From: an uncultured delta proteobacterium
Lineage (GTDB): Bacteria > Desulfobacterota > Binatia > UBA9968
Length of the DNA: 64,000 nucleotides
Reading direction: 5' to 3'
Assembly (NCBI GenBank): GCA_963737905.1
Contig: CAVTUQ010000002.1
Span: 544,001-608,000 of the forward strand
Under the pieces are notes generated by a model. That model was not told where the DNA came from, ran no database searches, and was given only the letters and a program-made list of their open reading frames with translations. Below are positions 10,058-20,330 of the stretch, in pieces; position 1 is the first letter of the stretch; every line of letters begins with the position of its first letter. Position numbers and translations under genes: made by a program.

Positions 10058-11796
10058 ATGATCTCGTTCCGTGTTTGGGCCCCAAACGCAAAACAGGTGG
10101 AAGTAAAGATCGGTGGCGACCTTTTCGGCATGACGGCCGGTGAAAACGGCTGGTGGTTTACTGAAATAACGCCGGACGGAGCCAGCATCGATTATAGGTT
10201 TGTCCTTGACGGACGGCGAGCCTCTACCCGACCCTCGCTCACCCTGGCAGCCATGCGGTATCGACGGTCCCTCGCGCACCTTGGATCACGCGGGTTTCTC
10301 CTGGACGGATCAGCTCTGGCAAGCAAAGCCGCCTTCGTCCGCCATAATCTACGAACTGCATATCGGTACTTTTACTCCGCAGGGAACGTTCATCGCTGCG
10401 ATTGACAAACTCGACCACTTAGTCGATCTCGGTATTACGCATATCGAGTTGATGCCCGTGGCCGAGTTCTCCGGAAATCGGGGCTGGGGCTACGACAGCG
10501 TCGATCTTTACGCGCCCCATCACGCTTACGGCAAGCCGCACGATCTCAAGCGTCTAGTGGATGCCTGCCATGCCAAGGGATTGGCTGTGATTCTGGACGT
10601 TGTCTACAACCATCTGGGACCAGCCGGCAACTATCTCGCCCAGCTTCGGCCCCTATTTCACCCGTCGTTATGCGACCCCCTGGGGCCAGGCCGTGAATTT
10701 CGACGGGCCGGAGAGTGACGAAGTACGCCGATTCTTTTGCGACAACGCGCTGATGTGGCTCAGGGACTATCATTTCGACGGACTACGCATCGACGCCGTG
10801 CACGCTATTCTCGACACCTCGGCGGTGCATTTTTTAGAACAGCTGGCTTGTGAGGTCGCTGAGCTTCAAGCGCAAACGGGTCGACGGCTGGTCGTCATCG
10901 CGGAGAGCGATCTCAACGACCCCCGGATCATACGGCCGCGGGAAATCGGCGGCTACGGCGTCCACGCCCAGTGGAGCGACGATTTCCACCACGCGTTGCA
11001 TTGTGTGTTAACCGGCGAGCGCGCCGGGTACTATCGCGATTTTGGCTCACTAGCAGACCTTGCGAAAGCACTTCAGCGAGTGTTTGTCTACGATGGACGC
11101 TATTCGGCTTTTCGCCGCCGTCGCCATGGAAGAGCGCCCAACGGACTTTCAGGCCATAGTTTTCTCGGCTATTTGCAAACTCACGATCAAATCGGCAACC
11201 GTGCCAAGGGGGAACGGAGCAGCCACTTGATGAGCGTTGGACGTTTGAAGATCGCTGCGGCGCTGGTTCTCACGGCGCCGTTTATTCCCATGCTGTTCCA
11301 AGGCGAAGAGTGGGGCGCGACCTCGACCTTTCTCTACTTCACGAATCACCAAGACCCCGAGCTTGGCCGCAACGTAACGGAGGGCCGGCGGCGGGAATTT
11401 GTCGCCTTCGGCTGGAACCCTCGGGAAATCCCCGATCCTCAGGCGATCGAGACCTTCGAACGTTCCAAGCTTAGTTGGAGCGAGCGTGACAAAGAACCGT
11501 ATGCCGACTTGTTGGCATGGCACCGGCGGCTGATTGAGCTGCGCCGGGAAATTCCCGCTCTATCGGATGGCCGTCTCGAGGGGGTTCATGTAAAATTTGA
11601 TGAAGCTGCAAAGTGGTTTGTGGTTGAGCGCGGCCCTGTCGTGGTCGCGTGTAACCTGAATCAAGTAACGCAGCGGGTGCCGGCGGTTCTCGAGGCCGGA
11701 AGCCGGCTTCTGTTGACCTCCAAAGACAGAGTCCAATTGTCTCAGGACGCTGTCGAACTACCCCCCGATTCGGTAGCAATCCTGAATGCGGGCTGA
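10058..11796 (+). pseudogene. treZ: Malto-oligosyltrehalose trehalohydrolase (GH13) with two frameshifts
   Basis: FRVWAP, IYELHIGTFT, ELMPVAEF..WGYD, LDVVYNHLGP, DGLRIDAVH, QWSDDFHH, HDQIGNR spread across three frames. Breaks at the GACG duplication (10208-10215) and an extra C (~10644). Could be sequencing error. Confidence 0.9.
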
Positions 11797-11890
11797 GTTG
11801 AGAATTTCCTAAAGTCCGAGAAAAACGGAATAGGCAGATGAGCGTTCATCGAAAACCTGCCAAGGTCAGCTTTGTCCATTACGTTCCTGA

Positions 11891-12535
11891 TCACTGCTTG
11901 TTGAAAAAAAAATGATAGCGAATTCCAGAGTGATCGATTCCCTCATTCTGCGATGCTCCGAAAACTCCGCCGCCCGACATGTGATCAACGAAAACCGAGA
12001 GTCCTTGATTTTTCCAGAAGGTGGCTCCTATTTCTAATTGGAGCCGTGGCAGAACTCGACGACCAAATCCACAATCGTTGTCTAATCTGCAGCCGGTCAC
12101 GTCCTTTTGTAGCGGGCCGGTGTGAACCGCCGCGCTCAAACCTCCTGAAATCCAAAGTCTCTTGCTGAAATCATTGGTAAGGTTGTCCAGGAAATGGCTG
12201 GACAAACCAACCTGCCACGCGAGTCCGAGATAAAAAGCGCTCGTGTCCCCGACGAAGTTCGGAGTGGCGCCAGTCATAGGGGAGGGAGAGCCAACCCAAC
12301 GCCACCATCTCCATTCAGGAGGATTGAACTGCACCTCCCAATTGGGGTCAACTCCGTTCTCCTTATTGTCGCTTATCGGCCCTCTATCATGCGCAAGTAT
12401 GCCGAACGCAAGCTTGTGGACCCAGGGTTTTACCTCGCTCTTATCCGCGTTACTAGCGGTGTTTTCCGCTCCGGACGCAGCTCCAGAGAGCAAAAAAGCA
12501 AGAAAAAACAATGAAACAACAATTCGAGAATTCAT
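11891..12535 (-). CDS. Outer-membrane beta-barrel, lipid A 3-O-deacylase (PagL)/acyloxyacyl hydrolase-like
   Basis: Signal peptide; GILAHD..E.G.D.N.E, GDTSAFYLG and DHMS..NEG.D..G.RY pattern; aromatic C-terminal strand. Confidence 0.68.
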   Translation of the reverse strand: MNSRIVVSLFFLAFLLSGAASGAENTASNADKSEVKPWVHKLAFGILAHDRGPISDNKENGVDPNWEVQFNPPEWRWWRWVGSPSPMTGATPNFVGDTSAFYLGLAWQVGLSSHFLDNLTNDFSKRLWISGGLSAAVHTGPLQKDVTGCRLDNDCGFGRRVLPRLQLEIGATFWKNQGLSVFVDHMSGGGVFGASQNEGIDHSGIRYHFFFNKQ

Positions 12536-12823
12536 TGAACTTGGAAGAATAACATCAGAAAACGCTTTTCGGCAAACACTAATCGCGAAGTTCTCCTTGT
12601 GGTGATATCATTTTCTTTTACTTGCGGGTTCGGTGCGATTGCACAAAGACAGGTCGAGTTGACATTTTCCCTAGACGGAGCTATCTGCAAAATCCTGAGA
12701 CCAAGATCCTTAATCAGGTTTTTGTTGACGTGGGATCTCGGTCGTAAACTGGGGCGTTCGTGCAGACTTTGACGAAAGCTCTGAACGGGACAATGGAAAG
12801 AGTTGTTGGAAGAGGAGGCTCCG

Positions 12824-13927
12824 ATGAAACAGCTGAAGCTCATTGATGGTGACGGCCACATTTTTGAGGACGGCGAAGGCATCGCCCGTCATTTTCCCTA
12901 TAGCGCGGCGGGCGGCCGCCTGAGGGGCAGTGTGTTTCCCACCCAAAGCCATATCCAGTTCTCCCTGACCCGAAATCCCCCGGGCTCCTTTGGCATTGCT
13001 CCCGACGGCCGGTTTCACAACCCCGGCCCCGAAGGATGGATTGACTTCATGGATCAGTTAGGCTTCGACTATGCCGTTCTATTTCCCACCGCCGGCCAAC
13101 GCATCGGGCGCATCGTAGATCGGGACTACGCCGCGGGGGCCGCACGGGCTTACAACGATTGGCTGGCCGAGACCTATCTACGGCGGGATTCTCGCTTCAA
13201 AGGCATCGCGATTTTGCCGATGCATGATGCCGAAGCGGCATTGGAAGAGTTGCAACACGCTTATACAGAGTTGGGCGCATGCGGGGTCCTGTTCCCTGCT
13301 ACGGGGGTGCACTTAAACCTCGGCGCCAAGCCCTACTGGCCGGTGTATGCGGAAGCGGCTCGGTTGAGCTGTCCTATCGTCGTTCACGGTGGCGGCCATT
13401 GGGACCTTGGTATGGACACGATGAACGTTTCCACCGGCGCCAATGCCCTAGGACACCCGATGTCTCTTGCGATCGCTTTGGCTGAGATGGTGCTCAACAA
13501 CCTGTTCGAGCGCTTGCACGGCCTGCGAGTGGCATACCTGGAGGGCGGCCCGCTGTGGTTTCTCATGGCTCTCGAGCGTCTGTCTCGCTCGTATGAGGCC
13601 GGAACTCCTGTCAATCCTCGCGGCGAACTGTTGCAGTTGACCGAGGGCCAGACCGTGGGCCACTACATCCGCGAACTCGTCCGGGCGGGTCGTCTAGTGG
13701 TGGGCATCGAAGGAGGGGAATCAGACCTTGCCTATGCCATCAAGGTAGCAGGGGCACAAGCCTTCATGTTCTCCTCGGACTTTCCTCACGAGGTGAACGC
13801 TCATACCATCCAGAAAGAGATTCGCGAGCTTCGAGAGCGCGAGGAGATCAGCGATGCGGCAAAGGAGAATATCCTGTATGCAAACGCCGCTCGGTTCTAT
13901 GGATTGGAACAGGCGTCAGATAAGTAG
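12824..13927 (+). CDS. Amidohydrolase family 2 protein
   Basis: IDGDGH, RAYNDWL, VVHGG, YLEGG, MFSSDFPH, NAARFY; GGAGG RBS. Confidence 0.9.
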   Translation: MKQLKLIDGDGHIFEDGEGIARHFPYSAAGGRLRGSVFPTQSHIQFSLTRNPPGSFGIAPDGRFHNPGPEGWIDFMDQLGFDYAVLFPTAGQRIGRIVDRDYAAGAARAYNDWLAETYLRRDSRFKGIAILPMHDAEAALEELQHAYTELGACGVLFPATGVHLNLGAKPYWPVYAEAARLSCPIVVHGGGHWDLGMDTMNVSTGANALGHPMSLAIALAEMVLNNLFERLHGLRVAYLEGGPLWFLMALERLSRSYEAGTPVNPRGELLQLTEGQTVGHYIRELVRAGRLVVGIEGGESDLAYAIKVAGAQAFMFSSDFPHEVNAHTIQKEIRELREREEISDAAKENILYANAARFYGLEQASDK

Positions 13928-14416
13928 GCAGTCACCGCTTTGGTATTGGATTGGATTTGAAAACTTTTGACTTCAGCCATTGGGCTTGAACGGTTTGCCA
14001 AAGCTCTCCACCGCCATCCATGGGCGTGAATTCCGCAGCTTCGACTGGGCGGCCACGAAGTCCTTGGTTGATCGTTGCCTGGCGAGCTACAATGCCGACA
14101 CTGTGTAGCACGGCTGCAGCGCGAAACCCATAGAACCGACCGGGGTTCTACCGCTCGACTCGATTGTCTGTTTAGCCCCGGTCCAATCCCGCGCCTAAAC
14201 AGAGTTCAACGTTCAGAGTCTGCCTCGAGTTGTCTTGGCGAAGGGTTCAACGACTGAACAACGTTGACATTGAAGCGGTTCATCAAATACTTTGCGATTA
14301 GGGTTCATACCGCCGACTTGAGAAAGGCAAGCCTTTCTGCATGACTTGACCGTAGCGGTTAGGAGCAATCCGGCTTTGTGGCAATCGTTGATCGGGATGA
14401 GGGAGGAAAAGAAAAC

Positions 14417-16051
14417 ATGGCAGAGAAGGTACTCGTGGTGCAGGGTGGAAGACTGATCGATGGTACCGGCCGGCCACCGATCGAGAATTCTGTCATCGTT
14501 ATCCAGGCAGGGAAGTTCGAAGCCGTCGGAAGGAGCGGCGAAGTTTCGATTCCTGCCGACGCTGAGGTGATTGATGTCAAGGGCAAGAGCGTTCTGCCGG
14601 GCTTTATCGATGGTCATGGCCACCTGGAGGATTTCCATGGAGAGCTTTATCTCCATCTGGGAATTACCACCTGCGCCAACATCGAGCTCTACCAGGATGG
14701 GCCGTGGACCCTGGCGCAAAAACAGGGTACCGCCCTGGGAAAAATCCGCGGGCCGCGGATCTGGATGTCAGGCCGGGCGATCGGCGGCGTCAGCACCGGC
14801 CACGATGCCTTTGGCTCGCGAACCGCCCGGGACAACATCATCGTCACGACGGCGGAAGAGGTGCGCCAAGCGGTGCGGCGAAAAAAGGAATTCGGATGCG
14901 ATATCCTCAAGGTCAATGAGTTTCTTTCTTTGGACCTGGTGAAAGTCGCCGTCGAAGAAGCCCACGGGCTGGGCATGTCGGTAGCCGCCCACAGTTGGGA
15001 CGTTGTCGGCTCCGTCAAGGCAGGCGTTGACGCTATTGAGCATATCTGGTCCGTCGGCTATAGCTCCATTCCTTATGCCCCCGCCAGGCGCAAGCTGGCC
15101 CAGGATCGGCTGGGGGGCGTGATCGATCAGGAGCTCGCCGGGGCCTATTACCAAACCGAAAATTTCGATGCAGTGATCGGCGCAATGGTGGAACGCCGGG
15201 TCGCGTGGACTCCTACCATTGCCAAATGGCTGCGTCCGCTTTCGCCGAGCGCCGAGCGCTTCAGGGAAAGAGAAAACCAAATTTTGAACGATCCCAATGC
15301 CGATCTTCCCGCTGCAGTCCGCACGGTGACCGACAACGCCTATGACAAGTTGCTCAAGCGCTACACGCCCGAGCAGCTCGCACAATCCAAGGTCGGTTGG
15401 GAAAAAGCTAGCGAATTCATCCGGCGCTTCGTCGAGGCCGGCGGCATCCTGAAGGAAGGATCGGACCCGCCCCGCGGGATGGCGGCCTTGCTGATGCATC
15501 AGGCCCTGGCGATGGACGTTGAGGCGGGTGTGCCGCCGATGAAGGCGATCCAAGCTGCCACGCTCAATGTCGCCAGGACTTTCAGGAAGGACAAGGACTA
15601 CGGTAGCGTCGAGCCCGGCAAGGTCGCAGACCTATCCATTGTCGAGGGAAACCCGCTCGAAGACATCTGGATGACGCAAAATGTCAAGATGGTCGTCATG
15701 GACGGGAAGGTCGTCGATATCGGATTTAAAAAATACAAGAATCCGATTCCGTCATTCTATTCCTACCAGAGCTTGCCGTTGGACCTCGAAATATCGCCGC
15801 TCTTTCTCATCGAGGGAGCGGGTCCCACGGTCTTGAAAGTGCGAGGGCAGGGAGGCATGTGGCCATTCCACCGGGTCATGCTGAACGGCGAGCCCCTACC
15901 GACCAGTTTCGTCTCAAAGGACGAGCTCAAGGCGATCATTCCATCCGAGGCGATCGCCAGGGCGGGCACCCACATCGTCACGCTCAAGTGCGAAGGAGAA
16001 CCGTTCCCGGAGTCCCATCGCGCCCATCTCGTGGTGGGCTTTAAGCCATAG
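14417..16051 (+). CDS. Amidohydrolase (imidazolonepropionase-like) with C-terminal IPT/TIG Ig-like domain
   Basis: LPGFIDGHGH, AAHS, IEH, GSD, GSVEPGKVADL; C-terminal 'ISP..GPTVLKVRG..LNGEPLPTSFVSKDELKAIIP' beta-sandwich. Confidence 0.85.
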   Translation: MAEKVLVVQGGRLIDGTGRPPIENSVIVIQAGKFEAVGRSGEVSIPADAEVIDVKGKSVLPGFIDGHGHLEDFHGELYLHLGITTCANIELYQDGPWTLAQKQGTALGKIRGPRIWMSGRAIGGVSTGHDAFGSRTARDNIIVTTAEEVRQAVRRKKEFGCDILKVNEFLSLDLVKVAVEEAHGLGMSVAAHSWDVVGSVKAGVDAIEHIWSVGYSSIPYAPARRKLAQDRLGGVIDQELAGAYYQTENFDAVIGAMVERRVAWTPTIAKWLRPLSPSAERFRERENQILNDPNADLPAAVRTVTDNAYDKLLKRYTPEQLAQSKVGWEKASEFIRRFVEAGGILKEGSDPPRGMAALLMHQALAMDVEAGVPPMKAIQAATLNVARTFRKDKDYGSVEPGKVADLSIVEGNPLEDIWMTQNVKMVVMDGKVVDIGFKKYKNPIPSFYSYQSLPLDLEISPLFLIEGAGPTVLKVRGQGGMWPFHRVMLNGEPLPTSFVSKDELKAIIPSEAIARAGTHIVTLKCEGEPFPESHRAHLVVGFKP

Positions 16052-16076
16052 GAAGTGAGTAACCTAAGGTCGGACT

Positions 16077-16322
16077 ATGATTATTCGTTTGAAAACTGAG
16101 TCTCGCGCTTGCTTGCTTGACAGCACCCAACCCGGGTCTCTCGTCCACGATGTTCTGGCCGGAGCTCCCGTTATACATAGGCCTGGCGACCCGCCCCCCG
16201 GCTTTTACGAAATCGACTGTAGCGATCGCGACTGCCAGGAGCTCAAGAGGGTCGCCGCCGAGCATTGTCCCGACGCCCTGCCTGAGATCGAAGCGGAAAT
16301 CGCCCGTCAGACGCAGACATGA
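16077..16322 (+). CDS. Small Cys-containing hypothetical protein
   Basis: 81 aa with 4 Cys; ATGA overlap with the next gene. Confidence 0.55.
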   Translation: MIIRLKTESRACLLDSTQPGSLVHDVLAGAPVIHRPGDPPPGFYEIDCSDRDCQELKRVAAEHCPDALPEIEAEIARQTQT

Positions 16323-17089
16323 TAGGGATGCCCGTTGAGAAGCAAAGGCCGGCTACGAAAGCCGCCGAACAAGCGCTCATAAAAACCGCACTTCCCTATT
16401 GGGAAGTTGAAGCTGCTATTGTCCGGCGATTTTTCAAGAACAAGCCGACACGGGAAGATCATATTTTTTGGCTCAAGGCACAGCTCTGGAAGGAGCTGCA
16501 TCCGGTGGACGGCTATTTCACCGGGCTGCAGAAAGAACTGCATCATCTGGTGGCGAGGTTTCCTGAGATCGATAAAACCATCGATCGCCACCAGTATCAC
16601 TCGCTTCTCGAACAGCTTGGGCAGGAATTCAATCACTACGTGCTGATGGCTGATGTGCTGGAATATCTTTTGGGCTGTCCGGTTTCCGCCGACGATACTT
16701 TTCAACTCCCGCAGGAGAAAAGACTGGCTGATATCCGCAGCCATTATTCGAATTCGGGCTCGGCCATCGATAAAGCAGCTGTGCTCGTTACTGAGGGCGG
16801 TGGCGCTCGGATGTTTCGGGAAGGAAGAAGGCTACAAGGCGGGCGGCTCGAAACAATGATCGCGAGGGCGATGGGAGTGATTTATGAGGACGAGAAGAAC
16901 CACTACAAGGAGGCCGCGAGGGAAGCGGCAAGGGTGGTCCGGAACCAGCAGGACCTCGCAAGAATGAAAAAGGCCGTGCGTGAGGCGAGCCTCCAACGAG
17001 TTTACATGCGCAATGAGATGTTCAAAGAACCGCTGACGAACAACGAAATCAACAGCTTCCTGGCACCTCACATGCGCAACCGAAGTTGA
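16319..17089 (+). CDS. Ferritin-like four-helix diiron-domain protein
   Basis: Two ExxH motifs (QEFNH, DEKNH) with preceding Glu (KEL, TEGG). Confidence 0.65.
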   Translation: MIGMPVEKQRPATKAAEQALIKTALPYWEVEAAIVRRFFKNKPTREDHIFWLKAQLWKELHPVDGYFTGLQKELHHLVARFPEIDKTIDRHQYHSLLEQLGQEFNHYVLMADVLEYLLGCPVSADDTFQLPQEKRLADIRSHYSNSGSAIDKAAVLVTEGGGARMFREGRRLQGGRLETMIARAMGVIYEDEKNHYKEAAREAARVVRNQQDLARMKKAVREASLQRVYMRNEMFKEPLTNNEINSFLAPHMRNRS

Positions 17090-17156
17090 GCACGTACCCG
17101 CTAAGAGAATCGACCGTTCTCGTTTTGCCCCAGCTCTCTCGATACGATGATTCCCT

Positions 17157-18893
17157 ATGGATCAACATAGTCTTCTCTCTAATATCGGTCTCGTTTTTAC
17201 GATCGCGACTCTATTCGCATTCATCGCAAAAGCTCTGAAACAACCGTTGATTCTCGCCTACCTGGTCGCCGGAGTCGTCATTGGACCTGAGATCGGGTTC
17301 GCCTGGGTCGATAACAAAGAGACAATCGAGTTGATTTCGGAAATCGGCCTGATTCTTCTCCTGTTCATCATTGGATTGGAGATCGACCTGAAAAAGCTTC
17401 TGGGCGCGGGGCGGACGATTGTGATCACCGGCATTAGCCAGTTTCTTCTGTGTGTCGCCATGGGAATCGGGCTGGCGTTTTTAATGGGATTCGCGCGAGG
17501 GAGTGGCAATTTCGATTGGCTTTACCTGGCGGTTACGCTGGCCCTCAGCAGCACGTTGATCGTGGTGAAGCTCCTCTACGACAAATTCGAGCTTACGACG
17601 TTGCCTGGCCGGATCACCTTGGGCGTTCTAGTGTTTCAGGATATCTGGGCGATCGTCTTTCTCGCGCTCCAGCCGAATCTTCATGATCCCCGGCTTGTGT
17701 TGATTTTCGAGTCTTTCATAAAAGGAACAGGACTGGTTTTACTGACGTTGGGACTCAGCCGATACGCGCTGCCGCGCTTCTTTTCTTACGTGGCCAAGGT
17801 TCCTGAGCTGCTATTGATCGCGGCACTTGCCTGGTGTTTTTTTATCAGTGGCGCAGCCGATCTGCTCGGGCTTTCGCGTGAGATGGGAGCGCTCATCGCA
17901 GGCGTCAGCATGTCGACGTTTCCGTACAACGTCGACGTAATCTCCAAGGTTACCAATATCCGGGATTTTTTCGTCACTCTTTTCTTTGTCGCCCTGGGTA
18001 TGAAGATTCCCGAGCCTTCTTTTTCGATGGTAACCGCCGCCCTCGGCATGTCGCTCTTCGTTCTCGGGAGCCGTCTGCTGGCGGTTTTTCCGGTGCTCTA
18101 TCTTTTGGGAAACGGTTTGCGCGCAAGCTTGATACCATCTATCAACCTGGCGCAAATGAGTGAATTTTCCCTGGTCATCGCTTCTCTAGGTTTGACTCTC
18201 AAACACATCAGTCCGCAGCTTGTCGCAGCTCTCACCTTTGTCTTCGCCATCACTTCGGTTCTCTCCACCTACTTCATCGCCTACAATCACGAAATCCAGC
18301 GCTGGCTGACCCCGTTGTTTGGGAAGATCGGTTTTGCGACCGGCGGCGATTTCACCCCCGACGTGAGCGAGCGGGAGAAGGAGAACTCGATTGTGTTTCT
18401 TGGTTGTTTTCGCGAAGCCAGCTCCATCCTTCACGAGATGGAGCTACAGTCCAATGTCGATGGCATTCTTAGCCAGCTTCTGGTGATCGATTTCAACCCG
18501 CTGGTGCTTCAAGAGCTCAAACGCCGGGGGATCAAATGCCTGTACGGCGACGTGGCCCACATGGACACCCTGCATCACGCGCAGATTCAATCGGCAAAAA
18601 TCGTCGCTTGCACGATCTCGGACGCGATCCTGCGGGGAACAACCAATACGCGGTTGCTCCAGCAGGCGAGACGCCTTAGTCCGAAAGCACAGATCATCAC
18701 GGCGGCGGACGATATTCCATCAGCCGTAGAGCTATATGAACAGGGCGCCGATTTTGTTTACATTGCCAGGCTGCATTCGGCCCGCTATATGGCCGAACTG
18801 ATCGCGCGTGCAGTCCAGGACGAAAACGGCTTTAATGAATCCCGTGACAATGAGTTTCGGCTCTTGAAAGAGAGGAAAGAAGTTCTACAGTGA
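17157..18893 (+). CDS. Cation:proton antiporter (CPA2, Kef-type) with C-terminal TrkA-N/RCK domain
   Basis: QPLILAYLVAGVVIGP, LLLFIIGLE, SSTLIVVK, FQD, RDFFVTLFF, QMSEFS; YGDV in the RCK domain. Confidence 0.92.
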   Translation: MDQHSLLSNIGLVFTIATLFAFIAKALKQPLILAYLVAGVVIGPEIGFAWVDNKETIELISEIGLILLLFIIGLEIDLKKLLGAGRTIVITGISQFLLCVAMGIGLAFLMGFARGSGNFDWLYLAVTLALSSTLIVVKLLYDKFELTTLPGRITLGVLVFQDIWAIVFLALQPNLHDPRLVLIFESFIKGTGLVLLTLGLSRYALPRFFSYVAKVPELLLIAALAWCFFISGAADLLGLSREMGALIAGVSMSTFPYNVDVISKVTNIRDFFVTLFFVALGMKIPEPSFSMVTAALGMSLFVLGSRLLAVFPVLYLLGNGLRASLIPSINLAQMSEFSLVIASLGLTLKHISPQLVAALTFVFAITSVLSTYFIAYNHEIQRWLTPLFGKIGFATGGDFTPDVSEREKENSIVFLGCFREASSILHEMELQSNVDGILSQLLVIDFNPLVLQELKRRGIKCLYGDVAHMDTLHHAQIQSAKIVACTISDAILRGTTNTRLLQQARRLSPKAQIITAADDIPSAVELYEQGADFVYIARLHSARYMAELIARAVQDENGFNESRDNEFRLLKERKEVLQ

Positions 18894-18982
18894 GGCAGCC
18901 GGTCGGCGGCCATGGCCGTCTGTTGGAACAGTTTCCCTAGGTACAAAGATCACCATCGCGATTTATCCAGAAAGGTCATCTT

Positions 18983-19984
18983 ATGAAAACATGGAAATCG
19001 TCACTCCTAACGGTTGCCTTGCTTGGAATAGCACCGCTGATCTCTTGGTCCGCTGAATGGAATGATAAGGGCGAAGCCGAGGGCAAGGTTGTTTTCTATA
19101 CCACCGCCAATACCTCCGACGCCAAGGCCATGGGGGATAGCTTCAAGAAAATTTATCCCAAGATCGATGTCGAGTTTTACCGTTCGACGGATTCCCAACT
19201 GATGGAAAAAATCCTCAATGAGGCAAGAGCGGGAAAATCCTTTTGGGACGTAGTATCGACAACCGGATTTTACGGTTATCTCCTGAAGAAACGGGGAATG
19301 CTCGCCGCCTACGATTCGCCTGAACGAAAATACTACCGGGAAGGTTTCAAGGACCCTCAGGCATTCTGGACGTCAACTTATACGACCTATGCAGTTTTCG
19401 GTTACAACACGAAACTTGTCCCGAAAACGAGCATACCGCGTTCTCATGACGATCTCTTGAAACCCAATTGGAAAGGACAGGTCGGGTTAGAATCCAGGGC
19501 GTACGAGTGGTTTACTGCTACGATCAGTGGTATGGGCCGGGAAAAGGGGCTGGACTACATGCGCGCGCTCGCGAGCCAAAAGCCGCAGTTGCGCGTCGGC
19601 AGAACGCTGCTCGCCCAGTTGGTTGCGGCGGGCGAGTTCAACGGCGCTTTGACTTCCTACACCCACAATTTCGAAACGCTAAAAACCGGCGGGGCACCGG
19701 TCGATTGGATCGCGCTCCCACCCTCTTACGCCAACATCCACCCCTTAGGAGTTTCCGCCAAGGCACCGCACCCAAATGCAGCCAAACTGTTCATTGACTA
19801 TTCTCTTTCACAAAAGGGCCAGGAAGTCTTTCGCGCGCTCCGGCGGATTCCCGATCGCGTCGACACTCCGCCGGACCCGCCGACTCTGCTCAAGGGCGTC
19901 ACACCGGCCTTTACCGCGCCGGAAATTTACGACGACTTTGATCGCTATATAAAGCTTTTTCAGGAGATCTTCGGCGCCAACTAG
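18983..19984 (+). CDS. Extracellular solute-binding protein (AfuA/FbpA/thiamine-binding-like)
   Basis: Signal peptide; EGKVVFYT, GYNTKLV, DLLKPNWKG, APHPNAAKLFIDY. Confidence 0.88.
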   Translation: MKTWKSSLLTVALLGIAPLISWSAEWNDKGEAEGKVVFYTTANTSDAKAMGDSFKKIYPKIDVEFYRSTDSQLMEKILNEARAGKSFWDVVSTTGFYGYLLKKRGMLAAYDSPERKYYREGFKDPQAFWTSTYTTYAVFGYNTKLVPKTSIPRSHDDLLKPNWKGQVGLESRAYEWFTATISGMGREKGLDYMRALASQKPQLRVGRTLLAQLVAAGEFNGALTSYTHNFETLKTGGAPVDWIALPPSYANIHPLGVSAKAPHPNAAKLFIDYSLSQKGQEVFRALRRIPDRVDTPPDPPTLLKGVTPAFTAPEIYDDFDRYIKLFQEIFGAN

Positions 19985-20330
19985 TGTAAACGAAAGCGAT
20001 GATCAAGTGGATCAATAAGTTCTATCGCTAAAGATCCACGGGCTAGCCCGAAGTCCGGGCCGGAACAGAGCGACCCTGCCACTGAGCGTGCCTTGCCAGA
20101 GTTGCATCGGCCAGCATCGAATCCGGAAAGCCCCGAAGTCACCTTCATTCCAACCCTCGGCCGGCAGGGGGCCATCTGACTCTATATCGATGAGATCCTA
20201 CAGGTCTAAATTGTCGGAACCCTTCGACTTCTCAGGGCGAAGGGCCGACGGAACCTTCGTGATGAAAGACGTCGAAGGGAACCATGAACGTTGTCGCCAA
20301 CCAACTGTTACAATCGCGTGCTCCAACCGC

